Shown here: positions 24,901-36,900 of the stretch, piece by piece | How positions within the stretch are numbered: the first letter of the stretch is position 1 | Layout of the letters: each line of letters opens with the position of its first letter | NCBI GenBank assembly: GCA_035496715.1 | Contig: DATJEK010000095.1 | Coordinates: 264-64,263, forward strand | DNA: 64,000 bases | Source: Candidatus Eiseniibacteriota bacterium | Lineage (GTDB): Bacteria; Omnitrophota; Gorgyraeia; 2-02-FULL-51-18 | Direction: 5' to 3' | Notes under the pieces: model-generated | Databases searched by the model: none | Seen by the model: the letters and a program-made list of their open reading frames with translations, nothing else | Told to the model about the DNA's origin: nothing | Position numbers and translations under genes: made by a program

Positions 24901-27900
24901 CTCCCGCCGCAGGGTCGTGTCCAAATCCCGAAGCGTGACGACGGGCCGCCCGGACTCGTCGAAATCTACGCCGAGATTTCCCAGATGCGGAAAGCGGTGG
25001 AAATAGCCGCCGTCGTGATACGCGCGGAAGGCCCGCCCGATCGCCGCGTACACCGCGGCCGTCTTTTCGTCGTCGAGAGGCTCGCGCGTTCCGCTCTTGA
25101 TGTCGACCCTGGACAAACGCGGCCGGAACCCTTCGGATTCGCCCCCGGCCGTATAAACCGTCAGGCGGCTGTCGGGCCCCTTCATGCCGGCGATGACGAA
25201 ACCCACGCGACCGCCCTCGAACGTCTTGCCTTCGAACGCGCCGACCGCCAGCGGGCGGTCCGAGGCGAATGACGTTCCGCCCGGGACGCGCATCTGATTG
25301 AATTCGATCGTTGCCCGTTCGAGCCGCATGGCGCCGTGCGGCACGGCCAGTCTCGCGCGAACCGTCAAATCGCCGTTCGGATCGATGTCCAGCGGACGTG
25401 CCACGGCGCTGACCCCCGCGTAAGGGGGCACTTCCCCGCCGGGGCCGGCTTTCGGTCGTCCGCCCTTGACGCGAAGAACCCGGATGTCTCCCAGAGGTTT
25501 TTCGAGGTCGATATAAAACGCGCGGCCTTCCGAGGCGGGCGCGTCGGCCTCTTCGGCCTTGACGTAAAGTTTTCCGGGATGAGACGCCAGCAGCGGAAGA
25601 AACCCTTCCTCGCCGGCGGTCAGAGCCTCGCGCAGGAGACCCGCGTCGGCGGCGGAAATCCGGCCGTCGGAGAGGGCCTCGAGGAAATCACGGTCAATCG
25701 TCTCGAGCGAGACGGCGGTCCAGCCGAGCTTTTCCGCCGCGCGGACGTCCTCGACGAATTCGGCCTGGGCCAGCCTGGCGCCGTCCGTGCGCACCGCCCC
25801 GGCCGGCCCCGCGGCCGAAACCGCCTTGACGGTCGGAAGGAGCCCCAGTTGCAGCAGCGATTCCTCGGCCCCCTCGGCCGCGCGGGTCAGATGCAGGTCG
25901 GTCTCCGAGATCAGCGGCGGGTCGTGCTTGAGCATCGTGTCTTCGAGCGTCTTGAGGAACGGGTTCCACAACCGCCGGCCGCCGATCAGGACGATCGGGC
26001 GCACGCGGATCGTGTTCGTCTGCATGGCGACGACCAGGTCGTAGAGGCGGTTCATCGTGCCGACGCCGCCCGAGAGGACCACCAGGCCCTTCACGTGGAA
26101 CGGGCCCACGATGCGCTGATTGGTGGGGTCTTCGGTGAGAAACACCTGGCTGGGGAAGCGCCGGCGCATGCTTTTCTCCTCCTCCGTCCAGTTGATGTCG
26201 TAGTCCGAACGGAAAAGCGCCAGCTGGACGAGATCCTCGCGGTCGACTTCGCGGGCGGCCTGGAGGACCGTGCGCAGCACGACGCCGCGCGAGAGGACGC
26301 GCACCGGCACGCCCTGCCGGAAGAGCTCCTTCACCAATTTCGTGAGCTCTCCGAGCTCGGGGCTCGAGAGCGCGGGTTTGCCCAGGATCGCCACCGGCGG
26401 GCGCAGGCGATGGAATCTCCGCATCGCGTCCGCCAACTCCGCGTTCTTGGCGTCGATCTTGTCGTCGGACTCGTCTTCCAGGAGCTCCACCTGGCCGTAG
26501 TCGAGCACCTCGGAGAAGATCTCGCTGGGCGCCTCTCCCATCTTGAACTCCTTGATCGAGGGCCACGTGCGGATCCGGTCGACGATGCCCGCGCGCGTCC
26601 AGAACTCCCGCAGGGCGTCCAGGACCGGCTGCCAGAAACCGATGCCCACGAGCGTCAGCGGCAGGTCCAGCCGCCACGACTCGAAGATCTCGTCGAGGGA
26701 ACCGAATCCGCCGGGGAACGCCGCGACCGCGCGCGTCTTCGTGTACAGCGCGAGCTTGCGGAAGGCGAAATGGTAGAAATTGTAGATCCGCTCGACGAAC
26801 GGGATCGAGGGCTCGAAGAAGTTGAGGAGGATCTTGATCCCCTGGGCCTTCAGCGTCTCGTGCACCCATTGCGCGGGCGGAACGCCGTCGCGCTCCTCGG
26901 CGACCCGCATCGCGACGTAGACCCTCACGAGGCGCTGCATCTGGTCCATCGTGGGGAACCAGCCGACCTCTTCACCGGCGCGCTCGGCTTCCCGCGCGGC
27001 GATGTATCCGGCGAGCACGGCGGCCATGACCGACGGTCCGGCGCCGGTGCGCGGGATGATGTTCAGCTTCCACATCTGCCATCCCAGGAAGAACGAGGCG
27101 GTGTAGACCGCGTGGCCCTCGGGGATGCGGGCGCTGCCGAAGACGGCCATGGCCGCGACGAAGTCGCGCTGCGCCTGCACCACCAGACGGCGCTCGGTCG
27201 TGAGGCGCTCGATGACGTCGTCGATCGGCTCGTAGAACATCCGCAGCTGGGCCGACTCGAGCGTCGACGTCAGCTGGCGGTACGTGACCGCGGGGTTTTC
27301 GAGCCAGTTGCGGACGATCTCGGCCGAGGGATCCGTCCGGAGGATGGAGCTGGCGCCGGCATGCGCCGTGAAGGGCACCTCTTCCCGGAACCGGCGGACC
27401 GCCGCGCCGCCCGAGGCGCTGTCGGCGTCCGCGACGTTCACCTGCCCGACGGGGGTCAGGAGGATCGTGAAGATCTCTTTTTGAAGGCGTTTCGCCTCCT
27501 CGCGGTCGACGGGCCCCAGGAGCGGATCTTCGAGCGTGTCGAAGTCGAGGCCCAGCACCGTCAGGCGACCGAAGCGCTTCACGCCGACGCGAATTTCGCG
27601 GCGCACGCGCTTGAGCGCCGTGACGTAATCGCCGGGCGTCCATTCTTCGCCGACGTGGGAGGCGGTCTTGAGGCCCAGCTGTTTGGCGCGGCGAAGGACC
27701 GGAGCCATCACCCAATTGATGTAGCGCGTCTCGTCGCCGACCGACGCGATGCCCACGACGCGCGTGCGCAGTTCCGGGTCCACGCTCTCGAGGCGCTGGA
27801 GCTCGCCCTCGAAGCGGCGGATCTCGTCGAACGCCGCCCGCCTGGCCTCGTACATCAGGATCAGGCGCTCTCGCAGATTCATGTCCGGCGCGCGCCTTTC

Positions 27901-30900
27901 GTCCCTCGCGCGCCGTTCTTCGGCCTCCTGCTGGCGGGCGATCTCCTCATACGCCTCGTCGAACTCCTTGCGGACGCTCGCCGGGCCGAGGCCGAACGCC
28001 TCTTTCTCGTCCGCGATGAGCAGTTTCAGGAGGTGCTCGCGCACGGCCGTCGCCGTCGGCAGGGCCGCGTAGCCGGCAAGCGCGCGGGCGCGAGCCTCCG
28101 GATCCGACGCGATCACCTGGAAGTGGTCCTTGCGGAACGATTTCAAGACGCCGACGTCGAATCGGCGGCCGTCGCGGCGCGCCCCCGAGACCGCCGCCAG
28201 CTCGCGCTCGGTCGCGACCGCCGCGCGAACCAGAGGCTCGATGGCTCCGGTGTCGGCTTCGGTGATCTCGAGATGATTCACGCCGTGCCGTTCGTACTGC
28301 TCGACGATCCCGCGGCGGATGAGCTCGTAGCGCAGGTTCGGGCCGCCGTCGGTGACCGCGCGGAGATAGACGTGCGCCGTGTCCTGCGGCGCGGGCCCTT
28401 CGGGCGCGGCGAAAGCGCGCAGTCTCTCGGTGAGCTTCTCCCGGGTGTCCTGGGGTCCGCCGTTCGGGAACCCGACTTTGTCGCCGAACACCCGGTCCGC
28501 GTCCGAAAGCCGGATGGACGAGGGATCGAGCGCCGCCTTCGCCAGAAGCCTCGGGTCGGCCGGCAACGCGGGCCGCGCGATGTCCGGATATTCGTCCGGA
28601 TGAAGCGCCAGATAAACGAGCGCGAAGCGGCGGCGGGCGTCCGTGAACCCCCGGTTGACCGTGCTGTCGAGAAAATACGGCAGGAGGTCCTCGGCTTCGA
28701 TCAGGCCCTCCGAGCGCTCGTGCAGGTTGACCTTGGGAAGACGGTCGACGTAGGCGGTCAGCTCCTCGCGGAAGGCGGGGCTGTTCAGCTCGAGACCGAG
28801 AGCCGCCGCGGCGTCGGTGAGATTCGCGCCGGGATGAGCCGTAAAATAGTCCCGCGCCGCGTCGCCCGCCAAACGGGCCCCCGAAACCGGAGCGCCGGGA
28901 AGATTCCTTCCCAAGAGCGGACGCTCACCCAGGCGCGCGCCGGTCCCCTGCGGCGCCGGAGGAGCGGACGGCTCGCCCAGGAGCCTCGCGAAATGCTCGA
29001 CCGACAGGTCGACGTGCTCGGTCTTGTTCGCGAAAAGATAGTGGTCCTCGTTCGGATAGAACCGCACGGTGGCCGCGGTGCCGGTGAAGAAGTCGCGCAG
29101 CCATTTGTTGTCTTCGGGCGCGATCACCTGGTCGCGGCCGCTGCCGACGACCATCAGGCGGGCCGAGCGCTCCTTCAGGATCCGCGGCTGGCGGTTCTCC
29201 GACTTGAGGAGACGCCGCATCGCCAGGTAGATCGTCAGCGAACGCAGCGCGCCGATCTCCTCGGTGTTGAAGAGATACTGCAGGTAGTCGCGGTTCTGAT
29301 GCAGCACCTTCCGGAAATTCTGGAACGTGAACGCGACCGGCGCGTTCATCACGACCACGGCCTTCCAGCGCTCGCCGATGCGCCCGTGAGCCAGGCCGCG
29401 CAGGCCGAGATATCCGCCGAAGCTGAACCCGTAGACGCCGATGCGCTCCCCGTCGATCTCCGGATGGCGCTCGAGGAACCGCGTCGCGGTCTCCATGAAG
29501 CCGTTCATCCGTGCGCGGGTGATCAGCGGCTCGGCGCTTTCGCCGTGACGGAGCAGATCGACGCGCAGGACGCCGATGCCCCTGGCGAGAAGTTTCTCCT
29601 CGAGCTCGTCGAAGTAGGGGTTTTCCTTGCGGTTGGTGAACCCGTGATAGATCTGCACGACGGGCACTTTCCGTCCGGGCGCGCGGCCGGCCGGAAGGAA
29701 GAGATAGCCGGCGATCGAGTGGTCGCGATACGGGATGTCGACGCGGGTGATCTCCGGCACCGGCAGATGACGGTTCCGGTAGTCCATCCGGCGCGCGTCG
29801 ATGTACTCCGCGCGCAGCCTCTGCTCGACGGCCGCGTACGCGGGATTGCCCGGCACCATGAACTGGACGGCCGTGTAGAATTCCTTGATCCGCGGCGTCA
29901 CGGCCGGGTCCTTGCCGGCCGCTTCGGCCGCCCACGCGTCGAACCAGGTGGACGCCCAGCCGGTGATCTCGAACTTCCACGAGTCCCGGCGGATCTTGAG
30001 GACCAGCGGGGAATTGAGGGCGATGCGCTCGACCACCCGGCGCGCGGTGGCCGGATCGACGCCGAGGGACTCGGCGTAACGCTGCGCGCCGCCGTAATTG
30101 AAGAAGAGCCACCGGCGCAGCCAACCCCAGCGCGGGATCGGGATCGACGGGTGGCGGAAATACCAGTTGTCGTTGGCCGGCGGCGTCGGCGACAGCGCGC
30201 CGAAGAGCGGCGCGGCGTCCCCTTCCCGCTCGGGCGGCTCGGGAACCGAAGCCAGACGGGCGCCCTTGCGTCCGGCCAGATGCTCCTGCACGGCCTGTAT
30301 CTGGGGATCGGTCGCGCGGATTCCGGAAAAACCCAGCTGCATCTGGATCGAACCGAAGTCGGGATAGAGAAGGGACTGTTCGAGCAATTTCAGCGCCTGC
30401 TCGAATCTCGCGGCGTCCACCGGAAGACCGAGGCGGTTGACGCGCTCGAGGAGAGTCTCCTCCGCCGGGGGTTGAGGGACGGCGGGCGCGGGAACCGTCT
30501 GCGTCGCGGAGGCCCCGGGCAGTCTCTGCAGAATATCGTCCAGATGGGCCTGGCCGGTGACCAGAAGCACTTTCTTGCCGGGGTTTTCTCCCATGAGCCG
30601 GACGACCTTTTCGTACGTCTTGTCGCCCGAGATACGCACGAGATTCGACAGGATCAACCGTTCTTTTTGACGGATGACCTGCGGCGCCTGCGCCTCGAAC
30701 GTTCCGGCGGCGCGCGAGAGCTCATCCGCGTCCCGGCGGTTCCAGACGCGCGCCCAAATCTGCGCGGACTGGCCGCGCGTCGTCCCGCTCTTCTGCGCGT
30801 GCGCGGCGATCAGGTATCCGGCCACCTCCAGGGGAGTCGAATCGGACTCGCGGGCGATCTGCTCGACGATTTCCCAGTCCCCTTCCGAAGCGAGTGGATC

Positions 30901-33900
30901 CATTATTTTCACGCCCAAAAGCCGCGCGACCCCGACGACCAGCCCCGCCGTCCTGCCGTCCAGGACCTGCAGAGCGGGATCCTCGGAACCCTCGATCAGA
31001 AACAGCCACGCGCCGGCCGCCGCGTCGGGAACGAACGGGTTGTTCTTGCGCATGATCTGGTCGAGATGGTCCAGCGCCTTGGCGTCCCAATGAAATTCTC
31101 CGACCGCCCGGACGTCCCGGCCCATCATCTTGAAATCCTTGAGCACGGACCGGCCCTGGATCTGCTGAAGCCTGGGGCTCCCGCTGATGTTCGCCGCGTT
31201 GGCCTTCCGGCTGAGTTCAAAGTAACGGTCGATGGTTTCGCGTTTTTGCCGGATCGTGGCGAGACGGGCGCCCAGGCTCCGGACCCACCCCTCGAACCGA
31301 CGGATCCGCCCCTGGTCTTTGGCGACGGGGACGCCTTCATACCGCAGCGAAACGCCGCCCGCCAGCCGCGCGCCCGCCCATTGCCGGGCGAAACCGTATT
31401 GCCGGATCATCTCCTGGCGCACGCGCCGCTGGCGCAGGATCTCCACGCGGACTTCGTGCCTGGAAATTTTTTCGTAATCGAAAACGTCGTGGCGGTCGTC
31501 GCGGAATCCGAGCGTGAGCACGTGATGGATCTTCGCGCCGTAAAGCGTGCCGGCGCCCCATTCCCTCTCCAGCCGCTGGATCGCGAAAACCCTCAGCTCC
31601 GCGCCCACTCCCTGCAACGCGGGCCCGGCGGTGCGGGGCCGGTTCCAGGGCGCGATCTCGATGCCCGAGCGGTCGCGGCCGTCCACCGCGAGGGCCGCGT
31701 ATCCTTCGATCGCCCGGTCCGACCACACGAAATACAGTCCGGACAGGATGGTGTCGTCATTTTCGTCGAGCGCCTGCATGAAGACGTCGATGTCGGCCGC
31801 GTGGACGACGGCGCGTTCGCCCTCGAACCAGTCCGCGAGGCGGTCGCGGGCTTCGGAACGCAGGCGCTCGGGCAGGTCGGAGGCCCGGATCACCGGCAGC
31901 GCCTCCATGACCGGCTCATCCCCTTCGCGGTTCAGGACGTAAATCTGTCCGGATTTTTTGACCTCCGCGGAGAGCCTCGCGCCGGAGAGAAAATTCTCGA
32001 CGCGGTCCATCACTTCGAGCCGCTCGGATTCCGTGCCGCCGCGGACGACGACCCGGACCGGGCTTCCCTCGTCGGCGCCGAGCGCCAGGAGGTCGAGATG
32101 ATCGAAGCCGTCGGCGAGGATGCCTTCCTTTTCCAATTCGAAACTCACGCCCGGGAATTCGTCCGTCCTCAGCAGCTGCGCCAGCGACACCGACGGGCGC
32201 ATGTGCAGGCCGCCCTTGATCCCGACCGTCACGGTCTTCGAAAACGCCTCCCCGACGGGCCGGCCTTCCTGCGCGAGACGCGCTCCCGGCCCGGCCGAGG
32301 CCCGGGCCTCGGCGAGAATCCGTTCGCGCTCCGTCCGGGTCCAGAAATACCGCGCGTACGCCCGCGCGGCCATCGCGCGCAGCTGCGGATTGAACGCCGC
32401 GGGGTTTTGCGCGATGCGGGCGCGGAACGCCTGATCGAGGCCTGTCAGCGAAGGCGGCGCGCCGAACTCCGGCGCGAGCGCCTCGGCGAGATAGATCGCC
32501 GCGATCTCGTAGATCCCGCCCCGGGCGGCGGCGTAGGTCGTGAGCGTGTAGGCCGGGAAGGGGTTGCGCGTCGGGTCTTCGTCGGCGACCGCCCGCAGGC
32601 GCGCCTCCAGCTCGACCATGGCCATCACCAGCACGCGCCGGCGTCCGGCGTCCGGTTCGGCGGAGAGGCGCGCCAGGAACGGGTTCGCGAAGGGCGCTCC
32701 CGCCTCGTCCCGGTCGCGCAGCGCGGCGCGAACGAGCGGCTCGGCGTCGGGGCCGATCGCGTCGCGGCCCGTGCCGCGCAGTTCGTTCAGCCGGAACCCG
32801 AAACGGAAAAGGTCGAAATGATTCAGCTCCTCGCCGCCGGCCGCCGCCCAGTAAAGCCGGCTCAGCGCTTCCGCGCTCTGCAGCGGGCCGAAGAAAAAGA
32901 GCGAGTTCCACGCGAACGGATCCGCGCGGACCCCCGCCGGAACGGGCGCGCCGCGCTGCGTGAGTCCCCAGAGCTCGCGGTAGAGGTCGACCGTCTTGGC
33001 CTCGTGCGCGGCGATCGTGGGCACGTACTGCCCGCCGGCGATTTCCGTGACGGGTTCGATGATGAAACGGTCCTGCGCGGCCTGCGCGCCGCCGAATAGA
33101 CCGGGCGCGCCGTTCCGGACCGGCGGATCGAGGATACGGTACACGCGCGCGGTGTTCCCGTCGGCCGTCGTCTTTTCGTAGGTGCCGACGACCGGCGCCG
33201 TGATGAGCGGGGGCCTCCCCTGTTGGATGAGCTCGCCCGCCATGCGCAGGATCGGGCGGCCGACGTACAGGCGCTTGGAAAGAAAGAGCGGCGCCAGCGA
33301 TTCGACGAAAGCGCCGTAGAGCCGGTCCGTGTCGACGGGGGTTTCGGCGGCGAGCGCGGCCGGCGGCTGAAAAGAGGGATCGAGAACGCGCGCCAGCGGA
33401 AGCAGGCGTTCCCCGGCGGCGGCGCCCGAAAGCCCGGCCGGCGAGGCGGCGCGCGTCCAAAGCTCGCGGAACACGGGCTCGAATTCCCTGCGATACCAGT
33501 CCGCCGTGTCGAAAAAGGGCGAGGCGGGGTCCTGGCGGAAACCCCGCTGGACGTCATCGAACGCGCGAAGCACCTGCTGGCGCTGGCCGGCGTTCAGGTT
33601 GAAGCGCTTGAAGAGGGCGGCGATCTCGCGGTCCGCGAGATTCCGGGTCGCCAGGAGTCCCGTCAGGGCGGCGTCGCTGACACCCTGACGCCGGGCCTTG
33701 GCGTCGAAATCGCGGACCTGCGCGCGAAGCTTGACCTTCAGCGCGTCGAGCGCCTGCGGCGGGACCCGCCATTCGGCGAGCCGGGCGCCCGCCGGGCGCA
33801 CGCCGACCGGCGGTCCGTCCGTGGGCCTCGGATAGGTGCGGCTGACGATGGAGAGCTCTTCCGCGAACGAATTGTGCACCTCCCGCAGGATGGCGCGGTT

Positions 33901-36900
33901 GGCGTGCAGGCGGAGGAACCCGGCGATCTCGCTTTCCGCGCGGCTCCGGGGCGCCTCGTCCTGCCGGTACCACTTGAACGCGTGGAGGAAGGAAAAGTCC
34001 TCGGTCCTCTTGACGCCTTCCGTCATGAACGTGACTTCGGAGCCGGCGTTGAGCTCTTTCCAGTGGTTCGAAAGGTATTCGCGCACGAGAGCCAGCGCGT
34101 CGACCAGGGACCGCTTGGCCAGCCGCGTCTGGGCGTCGGTCGCCTTCGCGTCGAACGCGGAGGCGGCCACCGTCTCCTGGAGCCGCCCGAAGAGCGCCAT
34201 CGTCTCGTCGCGGGAGAGGTCCGAGGCCGTCTTCAATTTCCAAAGCACGCGCACGTACGCGGCGATGATCTGTCCCTTCACCTTGGCGGAAACGGCCGCC
34301 GCGTACGCGTCGCGGAGGATTTCGAGATCCTCGCGCGAGGAGGCGATGTCGCCGAAGAAAAGCGGATAGATGTAGTTCTCGTCGACGAACTCCGTGATCT
34401 CGCGACGGTAGAGGTCCTGGGCCGCGGCGTTTCCGTCGAGATGGGAGTGCGTGAGCTCGAGGCTGCGGACGAATTCCTGCAGGTCCCTGCGGACCTCGGG
34501 CTGCCGCGGCGAATAATTTTCCGGAGCCAGCCTCAGGCGCGCGAAAGCGCCCTTCAGCGCGCGGAACCGTCCATCGAACTCGGATGCGATGTAGAGCTCT
34601 TTGGCGAATTCGGGATACAGGAGCGCTTCCGCCTGTTCGGCGACGGCCTTGCGGAAGCGGACGGGCGCCTCCCGGAGCTCGTCGGGAAGCGCACTCTGCC
34701 GCAGGACGTCCTCGGCGTAGCGGCGCAGCGCGGCGCGGGCGGCGTCTTCGGAAAGGTCGGCCTGCGTTTCGACGCGCTGGCGCAGCGCCGGCAGGCGGCG
34801 CCGCAGCGATTCGATGAAAGACGATTCGGGATTGGAAGCGTCGGCATGGACGTAGAGCCGGAAGGCCGTCAGGCCCCCGCGGATCCCCTCGTCCTGGCGG
34901 GAAACCGTTTCCTGATAGCGCGCCAGCCGCTCGCGGGCCGCCAGAAGGGACCGGTATTCGGGAATGATGCCGAAATTATAGCGCTTGAGGCTCTTGCCGG
35001 GCAGCATCCCCTGCACCTTGGAGCGGACCTTCTTTTCGAAAAGAGCGTCGTGCTCGGAGAAGCGCTTGCCGCCGTCCTCCCGCCACTGACGGCGCCATTC
35101 CTGGAGAGATTCGAGGAGCGAGACGATGTCGGCCTCGGCCGCGCCGGATGCTTGAAAAAGCCTGAGCCGCTCGGCGATCCCGCGGATCGTCTCTTCCGGC
35201 ACGGCCGGCTTGTAGCCGACGCCTTTGAACGCCGTTCGCATCTGGGATTCGGCGACGACCAGCTTCTCCGCCCTCTCGACGGCGGTCGCCAGCGTCTGGC
35301 GCGCCCATTCGGGATACTCCTCGCTCGAAAGGACGCGCCCGGCGAGCCTCGCTCCCAAGGCGGCCGGCAATCCGGCGGCGCGGCGGAAAATTTCCAGGCG
35401 GCCGTTCCCCCAGTCCCCTTTCATGAAAAACTGGGCGAACCGCAGGCGGAACGACACCGGCCAGGTCAGCTCCTCCGGACGGAACTCGAGCGGCGCCTGC
35501 TTGCCGAGCCACTCGTTGGACGACGGGAACAGCGGGTTGCCGAAACGCGGCAGGAGGAACCGGAAGCGGCTGTCCTGCTCGTTGTCGCCCACGAGATAGG
35601 CGCCGTTTTTCAGGAGGTCGCGCTTGAGCGCGTTGACGGCGAGTATCTCCCTCTCGCCGCGGGCGCCGTCGGCGCGAAGGTCCTGACCGAGATACAAATC
35701 CCGGTCATCCGCGAGGAGCTCGTGATAGTAGTTCGGCGCCTTCTCGAAGAAAAGGTCGAGCCCGCCGCGGGACCGCAGGTCTTCGAGGACGGCGTCGGGC
35801 AGAGAGGACGCTTCCAGCGATTCCGTGTGGGTCGAGCCCAGGAAATAAACCGTGCGGGGCCGCGCTTGGCTCTCCGACGGATGGCGCCAGCTGAAGCGGA
35901 TCTTCCAGGCGTCGTCACCGAGGGGCAGGATCTCGAGGTCGGTGATCGGCCCGCCCTGGAGGGCGGCCATGCGCTCGAGCGAGACCAGGAAAAGCTCGCG
36001 AAGGTTGACCTTGAGCGTCCCGAAGAGCGCCTCGAGCGAGCTCTCGCCCAGGACGGGAGAGGCGACGATGGCGCGCATGAGGGCGGCTTCGCGCTCGTCG
36101 CGCTTGGGCACGCCGCGCGCGAACTCGAACTGGTCGGTCATGACGAGGAGGTCGGGGTTTCCGGCGACGAACGGATCCAGGGCGTTCGCGGCGGAGTTGA
36201 CGTAGAGGCCCGCTTTCGGAGAATTTCCGGCGTTGACCACGGAGCGGATTTCGCCGAGGTAGGCGAGGCGGCGTCTCCACTCTTTCGTTTCGAGCGATTC
36301 GCGGCCGGTCGGCTCGATCCGCTGAAGAGCCAGGCGCGCGCCCGCGCCGGCGGCGGCCGCGTCGCGGGCCGCGAGATACGCCGCGAACGGCCCTTCACGG
36401 AGCGCGGCGAGCCGTTCGCGCGTCCAGCCGCCCGCCTCGACGTCGATCCACGCCACGTCGCGGAAAGGTTCCTCGCGGTACGTCAGGATGCGCTCGATCT
36501 CGCTTTGGCGGTTGAGATCCTTGGGCGTTCCCGCGAGCTCCGGCCGGTGCGTGCGCGGATAACCGAGCGCGAAACCAACGTTGCGCGTGAATTCCTCGTC
36601 GTCGGTGTAATCGGTCAGGCGCGGCTCGTACAGCGGCTCGATGAAAATCCCCCAGCCCGTGCCCTCGAGCTGGCGGAGCGCCGTCTGGTAGGAACGCAGG
36701 CCGTGCGGCGGCGTGCTGACCAGCTGAAGGCGGGCCGTGGCGAGCCCGCGGTCGCGGAGGACCTCGGGGATCGTCTTGTCGCGGCTTTCGACGAGGTTGG
36801 CCTTCGTGTGCTGCGAGGCCTTCTCGAGATAGATGATTGTTTGGCCGTCGATCCGTGACGGCACGCCCAGATGGTTGAGAAGCTTCTCGATCAGCTCGGC